Notes: generated by a model not told the origin, from the letters alone. A DNA stretch of 63,999 nucleotides, filler included, from Candidatus Woesearchaeota archaeon (GCA_003650545.1; 3 parts of 3 records of this genome joined end to end with filler, not necessarily neighbours in it); one strand, 5' to 3'; positions 40,861-49,680 are shown, numbered from the whole stretch's first letter. Numbers and translations are program-made.

Positions 40861-41817
40861 ATGGTTCTTGAAAGAATTAAGGAAAAAATAGCGCCAACTC
40901 TCATTTCGATCTTATTAGCTATGTCTATGTCTTCTATTGTCAAAGCCAAAGAAATTGAAAGATCTAATAATGTTACAAAAGTGACGATTCCTGTGAGCAA
41001 AAATTTTGTTGATTATGGAAGATTAAATTTAAACATTAGAATCGAAAGTGATTATAATTCTCGCTTATTCGGTTTCGAAGAGTATAAGATTTTCTGGCAT
41101 AGTTATTATATAAACAGATTAAAAAACGAGACAGATATAGGCAAAAAGGTGATTTCAGATATTGCACCTGTTGTTAGAGCAACTATCGAGAGTGATATTC
41201 AAGACACTAAAGCAGAAGTTAAATCCGACTGTGATCATCTGATTGAACAATATTCTTTGAATTTTAGGAATCCAGAAGCTATGAGGTTTAATAAAGGTTG
41301 TATTAATTTTGGCATATACCGATCTTTAAATAAAAAATATACCAAAAGGGATAGAGCATTGTTTAAGAAATTTTATGATTGGAATGAGCAATTTAGAAAG
41401 GTAAATGATAAATTCGTGGAGTTCATAGATAAATACATAAACTTAGATACTAAGTTTGATTTTTCAGATTTGAGTTTCGAACTAGAAAATAGAATATCAA
41501 CATATGGCAATGGGAACTATTGGGTACAAAGGCATATACCAAGCAAAGGTAATTTTTTTGGTTTGCAGATGAAAGATAGTTTACTTGGCATTATGTGTAA
41601 TTTGGATCTTCAGTTTAATTCTTTTTATTTTCAGAAAAGATGGAGCAGAAATAATGAGCTTAGTTTAAACTATGACCCTCAGATTGACGATCTCAACTTT
41701 AACTTGAGAAGAAAGTTTACTCCTTTCACAGGAGGAATGGTTAGCTTTGATATTAGTCTATCAAAAGAATTTGGAAACCAAATAGAACTGTATTATACGT
41801 GGTTAAAAGAATTCTAG
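40861..41817 (+). CDS. Secreted hypothetical protein
   Basis: Start at 40861 gives a signal peptide ending VKA; the tracked upstream part overlaps 5S rRNA. Confidence 0.7.
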   Translation: MVLERIKEKIAPTLISILLAMSMSSIVKAKEIERSNNVTKVTIPVSKNFVDYGRLNLNIRIESDYNSRLFGFEEYKIFWHSYYINRLKNETDIGKKVISDIAPVVRATIESDIQDTKAEVKSDCDHLIEQYSLNFRNPEAMRFNKGCINFGIYRSLNKKYTKRDRALFKKFYDWNEQFRKVNDKFVEFIDKYINLDTKFDFSDLSFELENRISTYGNGNYWVQRHIPSKGNFFGLQMKDSLLGIMCNLDLQFNSFYFQKRWSRNNELSLNYDPQIDDLNFNLRRKFTPFTGGMVSFDISLSKEFGNQIELYYTWLKEF

Positions 41818-41957
41818 CTTTAAAATTGTTGCACCACCATTATAGATTGAATTTCCATAATTGACAGAGCGCTGTACAGAAATATAAAATCATAACTCGT
41901 GTGTTTCCTTCTATAAATGTTTCGACAGCATGTAAGAATTCGGGTTAGATTGCAACT

Positions 41958-42176
41958 TCATCGGTCCCACGACTTTGGAGCCATTGCACATGTTGGGCAA
42001 CGTATGTATTTGCCTTTTCCTTTACCTGATTTCTTAAAATATCTTTTACAAGATTCAGAACAGAAAACAAATTTCTTGTGTCCGATGTATTTTATATAAG
42101 AAACTGTATCCATTTCTTCTCCACACCAATCACATTTCATTTTATTTTCTTTTTTGATAAATGAAAATAGACCCAT
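41958..42176 (-). CDS. TRASH/YHS-type metal-binding small protein
   Basis: CDWCG...FVFCSESC plus CPTC. Confidence 0.78.
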   Translation of the reverse strand: MGLFSFIKKENKMKCDWCGEEMDTVSYIKYIGHKKFVFCSESCKRYFKKSGKGKGKYIRCPTCAMAPKSWDR

Positions 42177-42253
42177 CGTATAGCCGAAAATATCTGTTTT
42201 ATTTATATTTTATTGAAAATAAAAACAGAAATCTGTGTTGAAAAATGATTTAT

Positions 42254-43369
42254 TCAGAGTTCAAGTGTGATTGTTTTTTCCTTTTCATTGATTTCTTTTA
42301 ATATTTTATGATTTTTTAATTTTTTTTTGATTTCTTGCCAGGAAAGACTCTTACAAGCTTCGTTTATTTGATAGATTATATCTTGCACCAAATTGAAGTT
42401 TTGATAAAGTAGATCACCTTTTTTTATATTTTCTTTTAATGCAAGCTGAAGCTCCTCTAGTTTTTTTTGTTGTAGTTTAATGATCTTTTCTTGCTTTTTG
42501 ATTTCTTTTTCTTGGGTTGTTAGTTGCTTTTTTTCTCTTTTCTTTTCTTGGACTTCAGTCAGAACAGTGTCTAGAGCTTTGTTAAAACTTTCCTGTGGCT
42601 CTTGTTTAAAGTTTTTGTAGAGCTTTAGTTTGAAAGGCGTAATATCTTTTACTCGGTTATTTTGTTTTACTATTTGAGCATTTATTTCTTTATTTTTTAT
42701 TTTTCTTATAGCGTCATAAATACTAGAAACATCGTTATTTGAGAGGTGCTTTTTGTCTTTTTTTATTTTTGAAATTAACAACAGTTCTTCAGCATAAGTT
42801 CCGCCTAACGCGAGGTCTATTGCTAACGTTTTTACAATTGAGTCCCTCTTGCTCTCTTTTATTATTTGTTCTAGTTTATCCTTTGTTAATGTTAGGGTAT
42901 TGCATTTTAATTTAGGGTAACTGTATCGAATACCGCCACGAATTGTACGGTCTTTCCATGATTGTGTTTCTAGTGGAGAACGAATCGTGAAATCGGTTTC
43001 GCACAGAATTACATTACCTGGCGGGATTAATTCTATGATCATGATGTAGTTCTTTTCTTTTGTTGAAAAGGTAATTTGGATTATTCTTTCAAAGTCTATT
43101 TGTTTGATTTCATTTACTCTAGCATTTTTGAGATATTTCCTAAGGAATCTACAGAAGCCAGGTGGTTGTGGTGAGCTTTGTTTTGCACTACTTAAATATA
43201 CGAAGTTTGGTGTTATTCTTAGGATTAATCTTCCTGCACCTGTTTTATGGAATTGGATATAGATATCCTTTTTATCTGGTTGATAGATTTGATCGACTTT
43301 TGCACCTATTAGAATTTGAAGTTCTTTTATTATGTAATGAAGTTCTAATGCAGGCAGTTCTTGTTTCAT
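42254..43369 (-). CDS. NFACT/Rqc2 (FbpA-like) N-terminal portion
   Basis: FCRFLRKYL, QIDFERI, IIELIPPGNVIL, LGGTYAEE, coiled coil; no NFACT-R domain visible. Confidence 0.85.
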   Translation of the reverse strand: MKQELPALELHYIIKELQILIGAKVDQIYQPDKKDIYIQFHKTGAGRLILRITPNFVYLSSAKQSSPQPPGFCRFLRKYLKNARVNEIKQIDFERIIQITFSTKEKNYIMIIELIPPGNVILCETDFTIRSPLETQSWKDRTIRGGIRYSYPKLKCNTLTLTKDKLEQIIKESKRDSIVKTLAIDLALGGTYAEELLLISKIKKDKKHLSNNDVSSIYDAIRKIKNKEINAQIVKQNNRVKDITPFKLKLYKNFKQEPQESFNKALDTVLTEVQEKKREKKQLTTQEKEIKKQEKIIKLQQKKLEELQLALKENIKKGDLLYQNFNLVQDIIYQINEACKSLSWQEIKKKLKNHKILKEINEKEKTITLEL

Positions 43370-43623
43370 TGTATACAGATTATTTGTTTGTTTTATTTAG
43401 GTTTTGGTTGATTGCTGTCAAAGTACCAAATATTTTCTATATGACTTGGCAGTGTTTTTGATAAGGGATGCAGCAGGACTTTACTATATGTCAACCCAGA
43501 CGGCATTATCATATCTTTTTTCATGTAATGTATTTGTTAAGGCATTTTTTCTCTTAATTTGCTAAAATCTTTTGAATCATAGTTATATATCATCTCAAGT
43601 TTTATTTCTTTCTTAAAATCTTC

Positions 43624-44097
43624 CTATAATAATTCTGACATGTTTTCTATTTTATATTCTTCTGCTATTTGGAAGACTTCTAGATTTTCAATAAATCCTT
43701 CGACATATCTCTTGATTGTTTCAATCAATTCATTTAGATGTTTAGTATCTCTATATGCTATAACACTATAAAAATCATATTTGCCAATAATTTTAGAAAA
43801 ATGAAAAATATATTTGTTTCCTTTCATCATTGTTATAAACTTTGTTCTATCTTCAATAGGATTTATTTTAACCTCAAACAAAATAAGCGCAAAATTTGGA
43901 AGACCAATTAATTTTGGATTAATAAAGGGGATCAATTTTAATATCCCTTGCGTTTGCATTTTTTTAATTCTCCTGGCAATACTGTCTCTCTTTAGCTTTG
44001 TTTTCTTTGCGATTTCTGTAACAGTCATCCTACCATTTTTAAACAGAGCTTTGATAATCTTCTTATTCTTATGGTCTAGTTTTGTTATTTCAGTCAT
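43624..44097 (-). CDS. Lrp/AsnC family transcriptional regulator
   Basis: LD..NKKIIKAL..NGRM..TEIAK HTH; IIGKYDF RAM domain. Confidence 0.9.
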   Translation of the reverse strand: MTEITKLDHKNKKIIKALFKNGRMTVTEIAKKTKLKRDSIARRIKKMQTQGILKLIPFINPKLIGLPNFALILFEVKINPIEDRTKFITMMKGNKYIFHFSKIIGKYDFYSVIAYRDTKHLNELIETIKRYVEGFIENLEVFQIAEEYKIENMSELL

Positions 44098-44193
44098 AAA
44101 TAAGCAAATATTGGTATATATTATAAAATTTACGCTTATTTTAAGCATTTTTATCACATAAACTATTTAAAACACTCACACAACTGATATAAA

Positions 44194-45348
44194 ATGGATT
44201 CGATAGAAAAAATCATATTAAAATACAATCAATTGAAAGCAGTTGTTAGAAGACAAGGATATATTGCTACTTTACTAAAGTTAAAGAGTGCACCAGACCT
44301 TAGTGATAAAATATTTGAAGAAATCAATAGTAATATCAATATTGATGAATTGTGTGAACTAATTGAAGGTCTGCGTGGTAGTGGAAAATTTTGGGAAAGA
44401 ATTAGAACACTAGAAAATTACTCTTTATTATCAGACAAACATTTTTCTAGGAATAGAAAATTAAAAAAGACTGCTGAAGACCTGCTTTCAAAATGGAATT
44501 ATAGGGTTGATCCAGATCGTTTTTTTCAAACATTATTTACTTTAAATAAGCTAGGTTTAAGACCAACACAAAATACAATAGATGAACTTTTTGAATACTT
44601 TCTTGTAGGGGTTAGTCCAGATGTAGAACATTTGGCTTTATTAAGTAAGGCAGGACTTAAACCCAGCAGAAAGATTGATGAATATGTAGAAGATATGTTC
44701 GGCAGCCTCATGTCAATGGATGAAGAACATAAACCAGAACCTGAAGAAATCGTAGAGTTATTTGAAAGGTTAGGTCTTAGACTAAAAAGTAAATATATCC
44801 AAGATACATTAGAACATGATATACATATTAGTATCGATACATCATATGCATCATGTCATTGGGAAAAAAGAACTCCTAAACTTGATTTGAGAGCCTATGC
44901 AATCTTTTATGAACTAGGATATAAAATCAAATTGTCTAAGGAATTATATCAACTATTAATAGCTAAATTTAATCTGAAGTATAAACAAAAAATAGCTATA
45001 TATTATGAGGAGTATAGAGAAAGTATAGAATCATCTGAATACAAAAATGTTTCAGATAGATATGATGACTATTATGATTCTAGAGGATTTTATGCTGACG
45101 CTAGGTCTCACGTGCAAGCTGCATTTATAGATGATATTGAAAATTTAGCTGCATTACACAAACTATCAAGGAGAAAAGTGAAGCTTGATAAAAAAAGCTT
45201 AGATATTATGTACTGGTCACTTATACCGGCTCTAGTAAGGGTAGATGGAGCCTCTGTAATTGATCGATTAGTTGAGATAACAGGAATACAACCTTCGAAA
45301 AGAATAAGAAATGAGATTATTGAGTACTATGAAGAGCTCTATCATTGA
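44194..45348 (+). CDS. Hypothetical helical-repeat protein
   Basis: 384-aa ORF with recurring L.KLGL.P-type units. Confidence 0.7.
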   Translation: MDSIEKIILKYNQLKAVVRRQGYIATLLKLKSAPDLSDKIFEEINSNINIDELCELIEGLRGSGKFWERIRTLENYSLLSDKHFSRNRKLKKTAEDLLSKWNYRVDPDRFFQTLFTLNKLGLRPTQNTIDELFEYFLVGVSPDVEHLALLSKAGLKPSRKIDEYVEDMFGSLMSMDEEHKPEPEEIVELFERLGLRLKSKYIQDTLEHDIHISIDTSYASCHWEKRTPKLDLRAYAIFYELGYKIKLSKELYQLLIAKFNLKYKQKIAIYYEEYRESIESSEYKNVSDRYDDYYDSRGFYADARSHVQAAFIDDIENLAALHKLSRRKVKLDKKSLDIMYWSLIPALVRVDGASVIDRLVEITGIQPSKRIRNEIIEYYEELYH

Positions 45349-45441
45349 TAGTTGGATGGAACTTACAGCTGCATCTGCAAGAGATTAATTTTTCTTTCTT
45401 TTTCCATAATTTATTTAAATAGAGTAGATATAGTCAATACT

Positions 45442-46026
45442 ATGTTTATTCGCACTAAAATAATTAAAGGCAAAGAATATGCCTATAAGGTTGAGAACAT
45501 CTGGCGCAAAAGAAAGAAGGCTAGTAGACAGAAGGTAGGCAAATATTTAGGCAGGGTTTATACTGTTGATAAAGAAAAAGATCTAAACTTTATGCATGTT
45601 GTTAAGAAAGATCTGGACAAATATCTAAGCGAGACTGATTATTACATGATTATAAAAGATCTTATTCTAAAAGAGTTGTTGAATCATGGCTTTGTTAGAA
45701 AGAAGTATTCAAAGTATAAATATGTTAAGGACGGACTGATGGTCGATCTGAAGTATAAGAAAGTGTTTAATGATAAAGAAAAGGAGTGTGTGCTTCGAAT
45801 GAATGAGGGCTTTCTTTGTAATACAACAATGAAAGGACTTTTGAACTTCAAAGGTGAAGGCAGTGAGAGAGAGATTGGACAAAAGTTGGCTAATAACTTA
45901 GTTGAAGCTGGCTTGGTTGTTGACCAGGATGTGTTTCTAGCGTTGTTTGATAAAATTGGAAAGCTGAATTATGTTACAATGCAGGAAGAACCAGAGTATG
46001 AAGAATATATAGAAGAGAAAGAGTGA
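45442..46026 (+). CDS. Hypothetical protein with transposase-like N-terminal DNA-binding segment
   Basis: MFIRTKIIKGKEYAYKVENIW...RQKVGKYLGR; no catalytic DDE core visible. Confidence 0.7.
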   Translation: MFIRTKIIKGKEYAYKVENIWRKRKKASRQKVGKYLGRVYTVDKEKDLNFMHVVKKDLDKYLSETDYYMIIKDLILKELLNHGFVRKKYSKYKYVKDGLMVDLKYKKVFNDKEKECVLRMNEGFLCNTTMKGLLNFKGEGSEREIGQKLANNLVEAGLVVDQDVFLALFDKIGKLNYVTMQEEPEYEEYIEEKE

Positions 46027-46128
46027 TTTTGAAAAGATTTCTGTAAAAATTAATTAACATTTTCTCGTCGATAAATGCAGATCTCCTATATAGCGCCAAG
46101 CTGGTGCCTAACCACCCTACGTTACTAA

Positions 46129-46836
46129 CTAGAATTTGCCTTGTTTTTTCTGCAATTTAATGAAGCGTTCTACATGTGGAATATCATCCTTACAGCCAAA
46201 ATCCAGCCAATAGTCCTTCAGCTTCAACACCTTAACCTGGCCTTTCTCAGCCAAAAGTGTGATAGCATCTGTTAGCTCATACTCGCCACGCTCTGAAAGC
46301 TTGATCTGATCTAATGCTTTAAAGATCTCTGGAGTGAATTTATACAAGCCAATGTTGATTAAATCGCCTACAAATCTTTGTGGTTTTTCGACGATCTTTT
46401 TGAGAAAAACACCGTCTGTTAAAAGGACACCATAGTGTTCAGGATTCTTGTGGCGCATGCCAATAACATAGTTGTAATAATCCGGCTTTTTTAGCTGCTC
46501 AAGGTCTGCTACAGAGAAAAGATTATCCCCGCCAAGGACAACAAAGTTCTCATTGCCTGCAAAATCACGAGCAAGCTTAACAGCATGACCTGTACCAAGC
46601 TGCTCATCTTGAATAATCACTTCTGCTTTAATTGCATACTTATCAAGGAACTCGTTTATCTTCTCCTTTTTGTAGCCAGCGATGATTGCAATGCCTTCAA
46701 AACCGGCTTTTTTGAGGTTCTGAATAACGTAGTAAAGAAAGGGTTTACCGTCTATATCAATTAATACTTTTGGGGTATTCTCTGTTAAAGGGAGCATTCT
46801 TGTGCCTTTACCTGCTGCCATTATTATTACCTTCAT
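46129..46836 (-). CDS. Sugar-phosphate nucleotidyltransferase (RmlA/GlmU-N-like)
   Basis: IMAAGKGTRMLPLT..PK, QDEQLGTGHAV, GD, VEKP, SERGEYELTDAI. Confidence 0.93.
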   Translation of the reverse strand: MKVIIMAAGKGTRMLPLTENTPKVLIDIDGKPFLYYVIQNLKKAGFEGIAIIAGYKKEKINEFLDKYAIKAEVIIQDEQLGTGHAVKLARDFAGNENFVVLGGDNLFSVADLEQLKKPDYYNYVIGMRHKNPEHYGVLLTDGVFLKKIVEKPQRFVGDLINIGLYKFTPEIFKALDQIKLSERGEYELTDAITLLAEKGQVKVLKLKDYWLDFGCKDDIPHVERFIKLQKKQGKF

Positions 46837-47223
46837 TTTAGCACCATTATGCATTTGGCCTTAAAAAGCCTGTTTGAGCCTCTGAATCAGCATATTTATC
46901 ATCTGAGCTCACTTCTTCAGACTAAAAGCCTCTTTCCTCGTTGTTTTTTCATTCTTGAACACCTTTAAAAGTTCCTCTTGCGTTCCTTAATAAAGCTTCC
47001 TATTTTAAGTCTCACTTTTACTATAGCAAAAACCTTAGTAGATAAACTCTAAAATTAGAGTAATAAATGAGAAAAAGCAGGGAAAACCATGAAAAAGATA
47101 ATTTTGATTTATATGGGCTGAAAAACACCCTATTTTGAGGGATTTACGCCCCTGCATAAGTCTCACTTTTCCTTCATAAATCGCTAACAAAAGGTTTATT
47201 AAGGGGCCCTTAATTTTATTATT

Positions 47224-47802
47224 ATGCTAAGGATTTTTAAAAAGAGGGAGACCTGGGAAAGGATTGACCGATATATAAAAAATGCTTTTGAGCGCGTGAA
47301 ATCTGACATTCATCATATTTATTCTTGGATCAACTATCTTAAGCATAAGGATGAATTAAATGATCATGAACATTCTCAATTTAATAGGGAACTAGGCGAG
47401 CAAAAGATGATGATTCAGTATGTATTGTCTAGGATTGAACAGCTAGAATCAGCCAGCATCCCTAGACAGAGGACAAGTCAAGGACAAATAAAGGACACAT
47501 CAAGGACATTTAGGGGACAAATAGGGGACATTAAAGGACACGTAAAGGACACACATTTAGTGGCTAAAAAAAGCGATCTGACTGGCGCTCAGATGGAGTT
47601 ATTGCAGTTGTTTTACCATTCTGACAGACCCCTTAGCTATGATGAGATTTCTAAAAGATTACAGAAAAAACCGAAGAGCATTCGCAATCTAATCTATGAA
47701 ATAAGGGATAAAGGAATAGAGATAAAAGACAAACCAATAGGTATCAGAGAGAAAGGATTCTACATTGACAGGGATTTAAAGATCGAACTTTCTGGAAGGT
47801 GA
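47224..47802 (+). CDS. Coiled-coil plus C-terminal winged-helix protein with internal DNA repeats
   Basis: N-terminal coiled coil, repeat-encoded linker, LTGAQMELL..LSYDEISKRL.KKPKSIRNLIYEIRDKG wHTH. Confidence 0.8.
   Translation: MLRIFKKRETWERIDRYIKNAFERVKSDIHHIYSWINYLKHKDELNDHEHSQFNRELGEQKMMIQYVLSRIEQLESASIPRQRTSQGQIKDTSRTFRGQIGDIKGHVKDTHLVAKKSDLTGAQMELLQLFYHSDRPLSYDEISKRLQKKPKSIRNLIYEIRDKGIEIKDKPIGIREKGFYIDRDLKIELSGR
47471..47551 (+). repeat. Phased GGACA array (8 copies, 10-11 bp period)
   Basis: GGACA at 47471, 47482, 47493, 47504, 47515, 47526, 47536, 47547. Confidence 0.92.
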
Positions 47803-47806
47803 TGTC

Positions 47807-47903
47807 TGTCCCAGAGGACATAAGGACATGTCCCTAAAATAAAGGACAAAAGGACATAAAAAGAGGACAAGTCGGGACATCTCAAGGACACATGAAAAGG
47901 ACA
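47807..47903. repeat. Second GGACA cluster (8 forward, 2 inverted) in intergenic DNA
   Basis: GGACA at 47816, 47824, 47844, 47852, 47865, 47875, 47886, 47899; TGTCC at 47807, 47829. Confidence 0.9.
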
Positions 47904-47911
47904 AAAAACAT

Positions 47912-48421
47912 TCAGAGTAGAGATTTAATGTAGCTTGCCAGTATCTTAGCTGTATTTTTGACATTTTTTGTGAGATCTGTTACTAAAACATTATGGCCAA
48001 GCTCCTTTGCCTCATTTAAACAGACCTGCATAACCTCAGAATCCATGTTTTCTTGGATTTTAGGCAGGGAATATCCTCTTTTCTTTAGGCGTTTATAAAG
48101 AATTTTTAAATGACAGGTCGTGACTATACATAAACTCACTTTTTTACTAGACAAATAGTGAGAAAGATGACTATCTACAATAAAAATGCCTCTTTTTTGG
48201 GACTCTATATAGCCCGAAAGGGCCCTATTTAGTGCTTTTGGGTCCACTATATAGGCCTTTTTAGCGCTATCATAACCCTCATGTAATCGGCTTTTCTTGA
48301 TAAATTTTGTCACATCTATATGTTTTGCATGTAGCAAAAGTGAGAGTTCCCTAGCTAGTGTTGACTTGCCTGTACAGGGTGTCCCTGTAATAGCCACTAT
48401 GAAATGCTTGATTTTTGCCAT
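47912..48421 (-). CDS. Adenylate kinase, AK6/Fap7 type
   Basis: ITGTPCTGKST, VDSHLSH, RLKKRGYS..KIQEN. Confidence 0.88.
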   Translation of the reverse strand: MAKIKHFIVAITGTPCTGKSTLARELSLLLHAKHIDVTKFIKKSRLHEGYDSAKKAYIVDPKALNRALSGYIESQKRGIFIVDSHLSHYLSSKKVSLCIVTTCHLKILYKRLKKRGYSLPKIQENMDSEVMQVCLNEAKELGHNVLVTDLTKNVKNTAKILASYIKSLL

Positions 48422-48703
48422 TTTAAGCCTTAGTTCTGCTGAATTTTTGTTGTTTGACTAAATAGCAGGTTTGTGAAGGATGTATATATAGCTATTTGTT
48501 ATGCCTAAAATGTATCTAAAATGTTAATCTAAAATAATGCTTTTACACAGAGTTGAGATGTTACAAAAGTGAGATTAGGCACCATTAGATTAGTTGTTTT
48601 TTAAATATAGCTTATCGTCGATAAATTGTAAATCTTTAAGTCGTGTTAAAATACATTTAAATAGCGTTTGGTTTAGTAGCCACTCTTAAGTGGTCAAAAA
48701 AAC

Positions 48704-48717
48704 GAAAAGTTTATATA
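48704..48717 (+). promoter_or_regulatory. BRE-TATA promoter upstream of the structured transcript
   Basis: GAAAAGTTTATATA matches the recurring promoter motif. Confidence 0.6.
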
Positions 48718-49001
48718 ATATTTAAGTTAACATTATTACTATTATCAAAGGTTGTTATTTGGGTTTTTACATCTTTCCCTAATCGAAAAGAGGGACTGTG
48801 AGTAAAAACTCATGCTATGTTTCCAGAAGGAAACAAATCTTGCAAATTTGCTACGAGAAAATCGAGCAAATAATAAAGAAACTTGAATAGGAATAACATA
48901 TCTAGATGGAAAACCATTAGTTTTAGGTAGTTTAAAGTTTTCTTAATAACCCTCTTGCTAGGGTTTTATATATTTGTATTTCTATAAAAAGGAGGCAAAT
49001 T

Positions 49002-49472
49002 ATGAAGAATTTTTTTGTCATTATGTTGTGTTCGGTAATTATTAACCAGAAGGTTAATTACTCTATGATTCCAGAGGAGGTACGCGTAAATCGCGTACCG
49101 GTTATATCATGGCAGGAAAGTCTGGGTGGCGAGATAGGCACAGCCTATTCTTGCGAGGACAAAGAAGAATGGTTCTGGACACTAGATGAAAATGTTGTGG
49201 TGGACTGTCTAAATAGTTCTACAATGGTCCACCTCTCCAGGACTTCTGCTACTGCTACTCTGGGGGTAAGCAGCAATGAGTTTGGCATCCTCTGGATAAA
49301 GTCTGATGAAGAAGTTGCTTTTATTAGGCTGGGGGAAAAAGAAGTAAAAGTGAAGAATTCTCCCTGCCTGTTTTCCTCCATTCACAAAGTTGTAGATGAT
49401 CTAGAAAGAGGAGGGACTGTGAGTGAAAACTCATGGTCATTACTCCTCGGAGCATCTCTAAGTCATTTTTAA
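49002..49472 (+). CDS. Hypothetical protein encoded within strongly base-paired sequence
   Basis: 156 codons, AGGAGG SD at 48990, hydrophobic N-terminus; unusually G+C-rich and self-complementary. Confidence 0.5.
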   Translation: MKNFFVIMLCSVIINQKVNYSMIPEEVRVNRVPVISWQESLGGEIGTAYSCEDKEEWFWTLDENVVVDCLNSSTMVHLSRTSATATLGVSSNEFGILWIKSDEEVAFIRLGEKEVKVKNSPCLFSSIHKVVDDLERGGTVSENSWSLLLGASLSHF

Positions 49473-49481
49473 AATCAAATT

Positions 49482-49542
49482 AGCAGGGCATAACTTGGTG
49501 ACGCTTCATAGAAGCGGCAGGGTTCGATTCCCTGGCCTGCTA
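49482..49542 (+). ncRNA. tRNA-like element lacking canonical D and anticodon arms
   Basis: AGCAGG/CCTGCT acceptor-like stem, CAGGG-TTCGATT-CCCTG T arm, CGCTTC-ATA-GAAGCG hairpin. Confidence 0.6.
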
Positions 49543-49680
49543 TAGTTGAAATACTTTGGCAAGAGTAACTAACAATAACTAACAACTTTTTATAAATTGT
49601 CTGTTTTTAAATAATCGAGAAGTCATAAAACTTTTTTAATAATTTTTTTCTATATCGAAATTTCAAAAAGAACATTAAAA

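Noticed and set aside
47471..47903. CRISPR array
   Set aside because: Repeats are 5 bp with roughly 3-15 bp gaps; no 25-40 bp repeat-spacer structure and no cas genes
49246..49280. SRP RNA helix 8, suggested by GGTAAGCAGC
   Set aside because: The CAGG..GGAA tetraloop partner and the Alu domain are not present
49070..49296. RNase P RNA, suggested by CAGGAAAGTC and a closing helix
   Set aside because: No ACAGAA...GCUUA-type conserved region V before the closing strand, and the segment is short; kept only as an unidentified structured RNA
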